Notes under the pieces: generated by a model | What the model saw: the letters and a program-made list of their open reading frames with translations, nothing else | What the model was told of the DNA's origin: nothing | Database searches by the model: none | From: Narcine bancroftii | Taxonomy: Eukaryota | DNA: 64,000 nt | Reading direction: 5' to 3' | Assembly: GCF_036971445.1 (NCBI RefSeq) | Contig: NC_091474.1 | Location: 83,266,001 to 83,330,000, forward strand | Program-made: the position numbers and the translations under genes | In this document: positions 1 through 13,175 of the stretch, one piece after another | Layout of the letters: every line of letters begins with the position of its first letter | Position numbering within the stretch: position 1 is the stretch's first letter

Positions 1-354
1 CTTTGCTCACTCATTGGAAATGCAAACCCCTTTGATAAAAAGCTGCTGAACTTTCCTCTACAAATCAATATACAATATCAGTCTTAATCCCTTCATCCAC
101 TCGCTCAGTTACATGCTCCACAAGCTCATTTGGTGTAAGACACCAAGTGAGCTTGAATGTATTGCTTTGGTTGTCAACAGAAATTTTTGAATTCATCCTT
201 TACAATGGATTCTAACTGTTAAAAGTCAAATTAATAGGCTGATCATTCATTTCTCAAGGAATTGGAAAATCATCAGTATCGTCTTGCTCTCTCGGATTAC
301 CATTTTAATCTAATACATTGGACTTACCGCAAACAAAAACTTCGATCTTTGATG

Positions 355-925
355 GTATAACCCATGGAGCCTCCATGTCAATGTAATCACAATGAAAATT
401 CGCCAAGAGCTAAACTTTGAGACGTGTTTGAGGAGATGTGGTACGTCACCAGATTCTTGAAAACTTTTACAGAGAGCATTTTGGCTGGTTGAATCACTGT
501 CTGGTGTGAATTTACCAACACTCAGGACAGGGAAAAAACTCCAGAAGGTTGTTAACTCGGCCTGCAACATCATGGGTACCAGACTTCACTCTGTCAAGGA
601 CATCAACAAGAGGCAGTACCTTAAGAAAACAGACTCTATCCTCAAGGACCCCCACCACCCAGGCCATGCCCTCTTCACACTGCTACCATCAGGGAAAAGG
701 TACGAGAGCCTGAAGATGAGCCCTCAGCAGCACAAGGACAGCTTCTTCCCCTCTGCAATCAGATTTCAGAGAATGGACAATGAACCACAGGCCCTGCCAC
801 ACTTTGTCATTTTCTTTTTCTTGCACAATTTTATTTATTTTATAATGTGGTTTATAGAAATATTTACACTGTGATGCTGCCATAAAACAACAAATTTTGT
901 GACATGTTCGTGACAATAAATTCTG
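355..925 (+). mobile_element. Rex1/Babar-type LINE 3' fragment
   Basis: ILKDPHHPGHALFTLLPSGKRY...KDSFFPSAIRF C-terminus; tail gacaataaattctga. Confidence 0.8.
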
Positions 926-3179
926 ATATTCGCTCTGACCATTTCTACTGCTTCATTCATATCAAGTTGATAAGTTGGATAAATTGAGAGGGCGAACAGA
1001 AGGAAGGAGTGGGTTGTGCAGTTCAAACAACACTGATGGAGTCTCCAAGACTTTCTTTGGCACTCTTTTTGAGTCTGTTCCATCCTTCTCCACTTCAAAA
1101 GCCTTCCTCAAATTCCTCTTTCAATCCAACTTTCCATCCAAGGCTCAGTCTTCAGTGGACGACCTTATCCTGAGGTTGGTGATGAGGATTTAGAACTCAC
1201 TGTTGCTAAGTAAATGGTTCATCATCAAGATTGAAGCCTTGCAAATATGCTGTTAAATCAACACCTCAATACTTCTGGAACAGTTCCCCTCCAGGCAATG
1301 AAAAAGAGAATGTGTTGGGTAAAGAATACATGCAGGAGAAAAGGCATGGTTGGAATGGGTAAGGACACCAGTATGGATGAATTGAAGGGGAATATCCAGA
1401 CCACAACTTCATCAACCCTTGGAGGATAGCATTTTAGGAAGATACGACAAGAGGTTTGGCACATGTGCACTTCAGTTTGGAAAAATGGGAAGGAATCTCA
1501 CAAAGATCTGAGGAAGAATGATCCTGATGGCTGTGCATTTCACCTGGCTTCAGGGACATAATTCTTTGCTTCTTCCATGCAACTTATAAGATCATGATTT
1601 TAAAAATGTCGTAGGTCATATAGCTGTTAACCCTAAACCATCTAACAAGATCTTACTTGATCATTTACCTTTTCCGCATCACACCTGATCCCCAATCCCG
1701 TCAGTTCCATTGCTTGTAAGTGGACCATCTTGTGGAAAGGGCGAATTCAAGCTAATGAAAGACATATAGAAAAGGTCGATAAATTGTGCAAACTCAAGTT
1801 CCCACAGGCAGCAAAATAACAAATGAACCAGTTTTGGTCTTGGTGGTTGAAGGATAAATATAAGCCAGTGCGTCAAGAAAAAAAAATCCCCCTATTCTAG
1901 CATCGGCTGAGATCTCTGCGCTTGGCTTCTGGAGTTAGTTTTGAACGAAAAATCTCTGAATTAAAAAGTATGAAAACAAAACCCAGGTGGCACCTTAATT
2001 GCAATCATTCTTATTCTGCAAGATATTCCTATGAATCCGAAATATGGGAATTGGGAGCGACAAAGGGACATCTCTTTGGATGAAAGAGAATGTAGTTTTG
2101 GACGAACCTCAAATCTCTCTCTTCCCATTGTGCTGTGTGAGGGAATGAGCTGCCTTCTATTCTGTGGTGACCAGCAGTCCAGACAGCCACTGGAACGAAC
2201 AAGGTTCGAATGACGAGCATCCTCAAGCTTTGAACTTGTGACCTAATGTCATAAATTGAACATGGAGTGTTTTATCAGCTTGAGCTGCCACGTTACCCAT
2301 CAGAGAATTCACTGTGCACTTTATCTATTATCGGGCAAAATGATTTAAGAGCCAGTACAAATCTTTTGTGTGCCTTTTTTTTTACTGTGGGATCATCTGC
2401 ACTTGTAATTTTTACAAGAATATAAATATCTTCAGCGCATTGTCCCACCCGAAGGCATACAGTAAAAATTGTCATTTTTAAACCTCACAAAAGGTTTACA
2501 CTGAGCATTAAATGCTTCCTGTTTCCAACTTTTTTTTTACGGTTGGGAACATTACAACTGTTGATTGTAATTGCCTTAGATTTATGGGTTATTTAAATGC
2601 ACCCAATACAGTTCTTTTCATATCTTTGCACATTTTTATTACATAATTCATTAAGTTATACGACACAATGAAGTATTTTTCTTGTAATATGAACCCATTT
2701 CATTTGCATAAATCCATTCATTTAAATGAGATTTATGCCCCTGCATTAGTCTGTTTGCAAAATGCATTACCTTTCATTCTTCACCACTAATTTAAGAAGC
2801 AAAAATAGATTTCCATTTATATAGCATCTTTCACTTCTTTTCCGGTATGCCCAAACACAGTTAACCATTTCTGGTTGAGGTGCTGTTATAGAATATGAAA
2901 AAAAGCTGCTAATTTATGTAGTCAGCTCCCACAATCAGCAATGTGCTAAAGATTAGATAGTTAAACAGGGAAGTCTGCAGACGCTGTGATTGTAGTGCAA
3001 TGCACAAAAAGGACTGGAGAAAGTCAGCAGGTATGTTTTATGGAGCACTTTGATTCAAACAGTTCGTGATGAGGTTGGGTAAAAGGGAAGGAAAAGTAGT
3101 GAGGAAGCAGAAACATTCAAGGTTCAGAACAAACTTGAGAGATCATCTTGCTCAAGAAGTTAGGATGATTCAATGTTTT

Positions 3180-3745
3180 TTTTGAACAATGGGGTCGAGT
3201 TCAGGAACAGAGAGATGATGTTGCAATTCTACAAATCTCTGGTAAGACAACACTTGGAATATTGTGTTTAGTCTGGTCACCTCATTATAGGAAGGATGTG
3301 GAAGCTGTGGAGAGGGTGGAGACAAGATTAACCAGGATGTTGCCAGGATTAGAAAATAAGTCTTATGAGGCATGGTTAGCAGAGCTGGGACTTCTCTCTT
3401 TGGAGCACAGAAGAATGAGTGGAGACTTAATAGAGGTCTACAACATTATGAGAGGCATAGATAAGGTGGACAGCCAGCATTCCTGTTTCCCAGGTCAGGA
3501 ATGTCAAACACCAGAGGACATATGCACAAAGTTAGGGGAGATTTTTTTTTTACAGAGAATTGTGGGTCCCAGGAATGCCTCGCCAGGGATGGTGGTGGAG
3601 TCTGAAACATTGGGGGCATTTCAGAGACTCTTAGACAGGCACATTGATGAAAACAAAATAGAGGGTTACAGGGAAGGGTGCGTTCAGTACTTTTTTTTGG
3701 AAGGGATATAAAGGTTGGCACAACATTGAGGGCCGTAGTGTTCTA
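3180..3745 (+). mobile_element. CR1 LINE 3' fragment
   Basis: WSPHYRKDVEAVERV...RMSGDLIEVYNIMRGIDKVD, the CR1 ORF2 C-terminus. Confidence 0.85.
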
Positions 3746-4079
3746 AATATGCAGCACTCTAAAAAGCAAAGGGATATAAACAACATTTTTGTTGTTTATT
3801 AAGGTGAGATGAGATGGTCTGATTTGGTAATGCTGAGTAAATGATAAACATCGGTCAGGATGGCAGAGAAAACAGACCACAGAATAATTTTGAGAAAGCA
3901 GCACAGTCCTGTCCTGTTCCAAGATCCATTCTCCTCATGTTAAAGTGAATAGAAGTGCAAAAACAAATTTTAATCACTTTTCAAAGCATAATAACTCAAT
4001 TACAGCAAGAAGCATTGCCACAAGCAGGAGAGTCTCGTGGCTCACAGATTACGTATTTAAACAGATGAATTTCCAGAAC

Positions 4080-6722
4080 ATTCAAACAGACTTCTCCGTG
4101 TAAGTACCATACATGATCCAGCACTACTGACTTAGGGCCAATCTCAATTAAATGCAGACCCTTCTATCTACCCCGAGAGTTCTCATCAGGGATTGCCACC
4201 AGAGTTTACATCCCTCCCGATGCCAATTACAAACAGGCACTTGCGGAGCTGCATGATGTGGTCAGTAAACAAGAGACGGCCTAGCCCGATGCACTACAAA
4301 TCTTAAGTCAGTGACTTTAACCAGGCCTGTGTCAAGAAAACCCTGCCAAACTACCACTAGCATGTAACCTGCTAAACCAGAGGTCTCAGTACACTCGATC
4401 ACTGCTACACCAAGATAAGGAAGACCGATTGCTCTTTCCTGAAACTGTATTTTGGCAAGTCAGATAACCTGGCTGCACTCCTTCTGCCTTCATACAGAGC
4501 CTAAAAAGAGAGGCTCTGGAGATCAGGACAGCTAGAAAGTGGTCATAGGAGGCTGAAGAGCAGTTACAGGACTTCCTCAAGTCAGCAGATTTGGTAGTGT
4601 TCAAGGAATCAGCTTAGGATCTGAACGATTACACCAGGGCAGACACAGACTTTATCAAAACAGCTGTGGATGAGTGTGTCCCCATCAAAGCATTCAGAAG
4701 CCCTGGATGAAAAATGAAATCTGGAACCTGCTGAGAGCCAATCACAGGCATTTAAGTTCGGAGATCTGGATCAGTACAGCAGGAGCAGGTATGACCTGCG
4801 AGAAGCCATCTCCAGGGCGATGTGGAGATTTTGAGTGAAAATGGAAACAAGAAGGGACACATGACAGTTGTGGCAGGGTCTAAATGCCATAACCTGCTAC
4901 AAAACCAAATCTATTAAAGTAGCAGACAGCAAAGTTTCTCTCCCGGAGGAACTCAATGCCTCTTCACTCGATTTGACAACAAAAACAACCCCATGTTCAC
5001 TGATGATACCTTCCTGTCCGTATCTGAGGATGCCATGCATGCTGTCTTCAGGAGTGAATTCAAGGAAAGCATCCAGCCCAGATGGAGTACCAGGCTGAGT
5101 ATTAAAAATCTGTTTGCTAACACAACTGAGCAATGGATTAATTCTCTCACTCCAGCAGGGTATGGTACCCACCCGTTTCAACCAGGCATCAATCATACCA
5201 GTGCCCAAGAAGAGTGTAGTCACCTGCCTTAATGACTATCGACTTACATCAACAGTGATTAAGTGTTTTGAAGGGCTGGTGTTGAAGCATATCAGCTCCT
5301 GGCTGAACTGTGAAATGGATACATTCCAGTTCACCTATCACAGCACTGGATCAAAAGGCCCTGGAATGCCTTGACAGTAGATGCATTCATCAGGATGTTC
5401 TTTTTTGACTATAATTCAGCATTAAATATCATCATCCCCTCAAAACTGATTAGCAAACTCCAAGACCTGGGGCTCAACACCACACTGTGTAAGAGAATCA
5501 TGGATTTCCTCAACTCCAGACTACAACCTGTGAGGATTGGTAAGAACATCTGACCCCTCCACAATCTCCATTGGTATTGCAGCACCACAGTGCTACGTTC
5601 TTAGCCCCTGCTCCACTCACTTTACACCTATGACTGTGTGGATCAGGATGACATTAATCTACAAATTTGTTGCTGATACCACGGTTGTGGGTTGTATAAA
5701 GAATGGTGACGAGTCAGCATACAGAAGGGAGATCGAAAACTTGGCTGAATGATGCACCAACAATAACCTTGCACTCAATGTCACCAAAAGTAAGGAGCTG
5801 ATTGTTGACCATGAAGGGAAAACCAGAGGGATACAATCCTGGGGAGGGTGAGCAAATTTAAGTTCTTATGAGTCACTATCTCAGAGGGTCTTTCCTGGAC
5901 CCAACACATTAATGGTTTCGTGAAGAAAGCATGTCAGCGCCTTGACTTCCTCAAGAGTTTGTAGAGTCTTGGTATGAAATGAGAAATCCTGGCAAATTTC
6001 TACAGATGTATGGTGGAAAGTGGAAAGTGTGCTGATTGGCTGCATCACAGTCTGGTATGGGGACACCATTCCCCGAGCATCAAGCCCTTCAAAAGATAGT
6101 GGACACAACCCAGGACATCAGAGGCAAAACTCTCCACACTATCGAGAACATCTTCAGGGAACATTGCCATCAGGGAACAGCAGCAATCATCAAAGACCCA
6201 CACCACCCAGCACATACTCTGATTTCGCTGCTGCCATCAGGAAAGAGGTATAGGTGCCACAAGACTTGCACCACCAGGTTCAGGTACTCATCCCCTTCAC
6301 CATCAGACCCCTCAACAATCAGCTCAATGAGGTAAGTTTTATTTGTTGCCATTAACACCATTATAGGATTAAAAACAAGATAACATTCCCCAACCCAGTA
6401 CAAAAAAATGCCTATCCATACAATGTGACACAGAATCAATTTTCAGAAACCAGACAATGGTACAAAGGGACAGGTTACATCTAGTATTATAAAAGCCTGC
6501 AAGGACTCTTACTTGTACATTTTATTGATTCCTTTTATTCTCTCTATATTGCACAATCAGTTTGTTTACATTCATTATCCATTTCCAGTTCTTTAGTTGT
6601 TTACATGTGTACTCTGTGTACTTTTTTTGCACTATCAATCAGTGGTAATTCTGTGTGCCCGCAGAAAAAAGGATCTCAGGGTTCTATGTGACGCCATGTA
6701 TGTACTCTAATAATAAATCTGA
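4080..6722 (+). mobile_element. Degraded Rex1/Babar LINE (RT and C-terminus, many frameshifts); about 170-bp insert at 6331-6500
   Basis: IIPVPKKSVVTCLNDYR, FFDYNSALNIIIPSKL, YKFVADTTVVG, YRREIENL, IIKDPHHPAH; 3' tail aataaatctgaa. Confidence 0.85.
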
Positions 6723-6734
6723 AGTGCAAATCTG

Positions 6735-7212
6735 TATACAAGCATGGAATAGTTCAATTTCCTGGACCAATTTTCAGGGTAAAATTTAGGAGGTCGACTA
6801 TTACATGCATACTGTTTTTAACTGTGGTAAGCACCTGCATCGTTCAGAGCACCGGGAGCTCGGATGGGTGGCTGAAACTGGGTGGTACTTCTACATTCAG
6901 GGCATCGGGAGCTCAGATGTGCGGGAGGCCTGGGGGTTGGGAGCTCAGATGGGCAGGCGGTCGGGGCATGGGGAACTCTGGTGCGCAGGTGGCCTGGGCT
7001 TAGGGGACAGTCCCCCGTAGGGGCCTTGGGAGCTCTGGTGGGCAGGCGGCCAGTGCCTGGTTGAGGGATGGCGGCCAGGACGTTGGGAGTTTCGGTGGGC
7101 CAAAAAATTGGGGTGTCAACTTTTACACACGATATATGGAAAATTCCAGATTTTTGGGCCAAATGTTTTTGACTTTAACATGGTATCGACTATTACACGC
7201 ATGTAAACGGTA
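6735..7212. mobile_element. pogo/Tc2-like non-autonomous DNA transposon (MITE)
   Basis: Right end ...tcgactattacacgcatgtaaacggTA and internal ggcatcgggagctc repeats shared with 37855-38501. Confidence 0.5.
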
Positions 7213-7524
7213 CATATTTCTTAGAATTCTCATGGGATTCGTTAACCAGGGTTATGTCCCTAATCCAATGCCTAATAAGTCTTTTCCTGTCTTTGCAAAA
7301 TATAGAGTTGTGGTTGTTCTTCATAATCAGCTTTAATCTCACTGAATTATCAAAACACACCATCAGTATTTTGGCCACTGCTTTAAAACTTACATTCTCA
7401 CGTGAACTTCCTCCCACCCCTTATCATCTGAGGCAATGAGGAAAGAAATCATTTAGCTTCTTTCCCCCTCATGGATGACAATTAGAGATGGGCCTTATTT
7501 GTTGGCACAAGATTTTGCATGGTC

Positions 7525-7730
7525 AGGAACAAGGTGCATGAGCCTGACAACAAAGACAGCTTCTTCCCCTCTGCCATAGATTCCTGAATGAACAATGAAC
7601 CACAGCCACTGCCTCACTTTGACTTTTTCTTGCACTATATTTATTTATTTTGTGAAGTGGTTTATATAAATGTTTGCACTGTGATGCAACAAATTTTGTG
7701 ACATCCTCATGACAATAAATTCCGATTCTG
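7525..7730 (+). mobile_element. Rex1/Babar LINE 3' tail
   Basis: gacagcttcttcccctctgcc...gacaataaattccgattctga, homologous to 737-925. Confidence 0.75.
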
Positions 7731-7819
7731 AAGCAATTAGGATAGGAACCATTCACGAACCATGCAGAAGCAGCATCATCCAAGTCAACCCACAGTCACA
7801 CAGCAATCCTCATTACATT

Positions 7820-8325
7820 CTTTTTTTTTATTTTTTATTTTTCACACCATAAATCACATTAGCCATGATACACACTTTTTCCTTTTCACACATATACAGT
7901 GACATTTTCTCCCCCCCACCCCCTCCCTCCTCCCAACCCACCCCACCCCCCCTCCCATCCATTTAAGGTATACAATCTAGGATACATTAAACCAGTCAGA
8001 CAATGTTGTCACTCAACAAAAATACACCAGAAATTCTACTGAGTCCATTCTTTTCTTTCCTTCTCCTTCCATCAACTTAGGTAATGATTGTCCCCGGTAG
8101 GTTTTCGCTATTGTATTTAATGTAAGGCTCCCATATTTGTTCGAATATTTCAATATTATTTCTTAAACTATATGTTATTTTTTTCTAATGGAATACATTT
8201 ATTCATTTCTATATACCACTGTTGTATTTTCAAATTATCTTCCAATTTCCAGGTTGACATAATACATTTTTTTGCTACGGCTAGAGCTATCTTAACAAAT
8301 CTTTTTTGTGCATCCTCCAAATCAA
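7820..8325 (-). mobile_element. L1 LINE 3' end
   Basis: Poly-T at about 7821. Minus translation IALAVAKKCIMSTWK...WYIEMNKCIPLEK/ITYSLRNNIEIFEQIWEPYI is the fish-type L1 ORF2 C-terminus. Confidence 0.8.
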
Positions 8326-8827
8326 TGATGTCTCAACAGCCACAGATACGCCAGGTTTAACCAGGTCACCATGGGGGCCTCTTTTACCTCTGGGCCAGAT
8401 GATATGCCGCTGCTAAAAGTAATGCCATGGGGATTTTTCCAACACTTTGTGAATGCAGCCAGGATATTAGTTTACATCTCATTTAAAAGCCGGCAGCTCT
8501 GACAGTGCAACACTCCCAAAGCAGCAGTAGTGTCAGTCTGGATGATTAAGTTCAAGTCTCTGGGTCTTCAAACCCATTATCGTCTGGCTCAGACCTGAGA
8601 CAGCCACCCACAGCTGCATCTCGTACATCTTTAAAGATCAGGGAATGGAATAGGGTTTGTTGTGTTACTGTATGCTGACTTGGACAATGACTAAAACTGC
8701 TTGCCATACTACTTCTGTACATGGTCAGTGAATTGATCTTTACCCTAATTCCTTCAACGATCCATGAAAATTTTTGTGCTGACACTTCCTGTTAATTAAC
8801 ATGATCTCTAACCTTCGTGCAGATGAA

Positions 8828-9020
8828 TTTAGACATACAGTATAGTAACAGGCCCTTCTGGTCCACGAGCACGCACTGCCCAAATTAATCTACATTCCCC
8901 ATACATTTTGAGGGGTGGGAGGAAACTTGAGCACTGAAGGAAAACGTACAAACTCCTTGCAGACAGCGCCAGATTCAAACCCAAGTCACTGGCACTGGAA
9001 TAGCTTTGTGCTTACCATGT
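8828..9020 (-). mobile_element. HE1-like tRNA-derived SINE
   Basis: Reverse complement of the SINE at 30866 and 58288 (aggaaac...acaaactccttgcagacagc...ttcaaacc). Confidence 0.7.
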
Positions 9021-10030
9021 CATCCTAGAGAGGCATCCTAGAGGCCGCGGGGAGCACTGGAGATGAATTTCTTTCTCTGAATGTGAGGGGTGCCAGGCAA
9101 TGCTTGCAATGAATCTTTGTCTGCCTTATGGCAGACTAGAGGTAATTTTGCATAACATGACAATAAATCGTACCTATTTGGAGTATCTGATCTGAGAAAT
9201 AGATGAAATGGATCAGCTGCTTGGTTCAGAAGATAAGGGGTGGGAAGAGATCAGGTGAAACAGAATGGAGTGGCCGAATGACTGGTTTCTGTGCAATGGA
9301 CACTTCAGAGCATACTGTAGAACACGTGATTTAATCACATAGCATGCTTACAGGCCCCTAGCCTGCCAGGGCTTGCTGACCACCAATCACCCATTTACAT
9401 CCTGTGTAAATTTACCCAGATTCCGGTGTCTACCACTCAAGGACACTCTGGGGACAATTTACAGTGCCCGATGAATCCAACATAATTGGGATAAAAAAGA
9501 AAGTTGAAGCACCAGGAACAACCCATGCAATCACAAGGAGAACTTACAAACTCTACACAGACAGCACCACTGGCCAGGACATGGGAGTTGTGAAGCAATA
9601 GCTCACATTCTTTAATGTACAACAAGCAAAGTGCCACTCCTGTTCCCTGTGCAACCAAGTCCTGGAGTTTCTTGAATCACAAGACTTCACTGTCATTACA
9701 TTAGATACTGTCAGCCTCTGAGCAATGAGAGATCAGTAATTCTGGTCACTTTTTCTAACAGTATCTTATCCTGCAAGGGCTCAATAGAGTGATGTTGAGA
9801 TAGAGAGCAATTCTAATGACATGGTGTTTGGAGGCACAGGAGTCTGCAGTTGCTGGAATCTGGGGCCAAAAACAAACTCAGCTGGTCGAGGAGCATCTGC
9901 TGAGTTCTTTGCAATGACGCGGTGCTTATTATTCTGAAGGATAAGGCTGAATTCAGTATCAGACGACTGAGAGGGAATCAATGTGTTTGTGGCCAGTTTA
10001 ACATTGGAGTTTGTAGATCCTTATTGTATG

Positions 10031-10058
10031 AATCTTCGTCCGCGAAGCCAAGCCAAGA
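10031..10058 (+). mobile_element. Extremely 5'-truncated RTE LINE tail
   Basis: aatcttcgtccgcgaagccaagccaa is identical to the 3' terminus of the RTE at about 23777-23802. Confidence 0.7.
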
Positions 10059-10544
10059 ACACCTAAATTCAATTCAAACCAGCGTCATTGAATCGAGTGA
10101 ACAAGTTGATTTTTTTTGGGGTGAAGATTTTTACAATACAGCCTGACTCCAGTGTTAACCCATTACTTAAATTGATTTGCTGCCATGGGAATGTTGGCAA
10201 TGTAACAATGTCAAGCTGACGACTGGGCCAAAATTGGCTAATTGTTTCCACGGCATTTTGCCTCTTTCAGTCATTAACCTGAGAGCAGACAGAAGAATAA
10301 AGCAGGAATATTGTCAATGTGTGTGCGGCTTTGACATCTCAAAGCAAATTAGTTTATTCAAAAGAACCAAATCAAACGCAGCGATGATTTGGAAGGCTCA
10401 TCTGGTTGCTTTAGAGCACCACTATGAGGCTGAAGATGGAACAACATGTAATCACTCCAGAAAAAGTAGTGCAATTTTAGCACCCTATTCTCTGCTATTT
10501 GCTATAATGTGAGCAGATTAAGATTTTTTTTATAAAAAGTGGAT

Positions 10545-11106
10545 AATTGTCAACATCTCTGAGGATCTGTCCTGGAGTAACCATGTCAATACAATCACGA
10601 AGAAGGCTCGCCAGTGGGAAAACTTTCTAAGGACTTTGAAGAGATTCAGTATGTCACTAAAGACCTGTAAAAACTTCTACAGGTGCATTCTGGCTGGTAT
10701 GGAGGTGCCAATGCTCATGGCAAGAAAGAAATTCCAGAGTTGTTAACTCAGCCAGCAACATCATGGACGGCAGTCTTCACTCCATGGAGGCATCTAGAAG
10801 AGGCAGTGTCTTAAGAAAGCAGGCTCCATCCTCAAGGATCCCCACCACTCAGGCCATGCTCTCTTCACTCTCTGCCATGGTACAGGAACCTGAAGACGAG
10901 CACTCAGTGACACAAGGGCAGCTTCTTTCCCTTCTGTCATCAGATTCCTGAATGAACAATGAACCACAGATACTGCCTTCCTTTGACTTTTTGTTGCACT
11001 ATTTTTATTTATTTTATCGTGTTTTAAATAAAGGTTTGCACTGTGATACTGCCACAAAACAACAAATTTCATGACATGTACATGACAATAAATTCTGATT
11101 CTGAAT
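10545..11106 (+). mobile_element. Rex1/Babar LINE 3' fragment
   Basis: Homologous to 355-925; tail gacaataaattctgattctgaatc. Confidence 0.8.
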
Positions 11107-12954
11107 CAGGTGGGAAAGTTACCATAGCACAATGCTATTACAGTGCAGGTGACCCAGGTTTGCTTGTGGTGATGTCTGCAAGGAGCTTATTTGTACTCCA
11201 GTTTTCCTTTGAGTGCTCCAGTTTCCTCCTACCCTTCAAAATGTAGGTTAATTGGGATATTTGGGTGGCACAGGGTTGTGTGCCTACATTTTAAATTTTA
11301 ACAATTCAAAATTTAAAATTTAAATTTAAAAAAAGATGTCATTCAATGACAATTACCTGGCAGTATTTTGGTCTATTATTGAAGTGCTATGTTGGGGAGC
11401 TTGTGTTTTCTCCAGTGATCACTGAAATGTTCCACTGGCTGTACCACAGTTTTGAATGTTGAAGTGAAAAATACTAAATTGCTTCAAACTGCTTATCTCG
11501 TGGGATCTCATACATAAAATCAGGTTCTTCCGTCAAAATAGCAAGCGCACACAAAAAAAAACAACTTAACAACTCCACTGGCTGCTTGGTTGGGGATGCC
11601 CAAAGGTTAAGACAGTTTGCAAAAGTCTCTAGCCTTTCTTTCTCCTGTTTGGAGTAAATCATTTCCTGGATGGTGGATATATTCTTGATGTGTGGGTACT
11701 CAGGAAAATATGAGAGTTATTGATATCATTTTTAACATAGGCATAAAAAGTGAACGATGTTGACTTACCACGTTCCCTGGGGATTAAGTGCAACTGCTTT
11801 GCATGTCAATACAAGCAATGTTCAATTTAGACTTCTTTTTAAAATACCTCAAAGAGCTCAATGTAATATATTAAAAGCCATCAGTTTAAAAGTTTTAGTT
11901 AAGTTTGTGTCTGTGCTCTTGACCAATGTGCCCAAATTTCAAAGGCCATAGAATGAAAGAGGGATTTGCTGTCTGAGAAAAATAGGTTGATCTAGAATGG
12001 ATAAATGCTCTTAAACACCATTTTTCCCCACAGGAAAAACACTGCAACTGATGAAGAGGAACTGAAATATAAGCGCTAGCAGCAAGGAAGTCATGTGAAA
12101 TTGCAAGATGATGATTATTGATGACTTAATAAATCAGTTTAAACGCTGCAAAGCCACTAAATCGCATTTGAAGTCATGGCAAAATGAAGAAGAGAAATAA
12201 TGCAATATTACTCTGTTAATATTTTACAAGTGGAAAATTAGTTGAGGAATTTGAACAGCAGTTGCTGGGCACATGCGCGATAGAAGATGATGGATTTTTG
12301 GACATTGAGGAATCAAGGAACTTGGGGGTAGCACAGGAAAATAGTGTTGAGAAAGATTAACTGTGAACTTTTTGAATGGTGGAGAGGTACATGCATTTTC
12401 CTTCTCCATCTTCGATGAATCATTCATATATTCTGCAGCTTGTGACCTTACTGCGCCCCTGTACTTCCAAACATACAGACTCCTGATCAAGCAGATTTAC
12501 CTTTAAAAGTTTTCATTCTCTGGACAATACTGAATTCAGATATCCAATCATTCCTGTTTGTGTCAGAAATGACATGTACTCACACAGCATGGAACATAAC
12601 CAATTTCTCTCTCTCTACGGTGGATACCTGACCCTAGAAGTTCTTGCACTCTCTTTTCTTTCTGGTTTACAGCATTCTCCTTGGTTTTTGCATGAACATT
12701 GCATTTAACAATTTATAGGTAACTCCCATCAACCTGATTCTGTATCTTTTACCCTTCTCCTGTTCCTATTCTTGCCTGCTTTTCACTCACCACCACCCCC
12801 ACCACCCAGTGATCTCCCCACTCTACCTTTCCCACCCTCATCTGTCCATAATTTTATTCCCTTGTGGAGCCTCTCCCATCTCTTTTTTTTTAAAAAATCG
12901 CTTTCTATATTCCCTTCCCATCTTTTAAATTTTTTTAAATTTTAATTTTTTTGT

Positions 12955-13175
12955 AAATTTAGACATACTGCACAGTAACAGGCCCTGTTAGTCCATGAAG
13001 CCCTGCCTTCCAATTACAGCCGTTGATATGTTTTGAAGGGTGGGAGGAAACCAGAGCACCTGGAGCAAACCCACACAGACATGGAGAGAATGGACAAATT
13101 CTTGACAGACAGCATGGGATTCGAACCCTGGTTCCGATCTCTGACGCTGTAACAGCAATGTGCTAACCATGCCAC
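12955..13175 (-). mobile_element. HE1-like tRNA-derived SINE, inserted in a Penelope-type element
   Basis: B-box (ggattcgaacc on plus) and conserved SINE body, with aaattt-repeat tail at the left. Confidence 0.75.
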
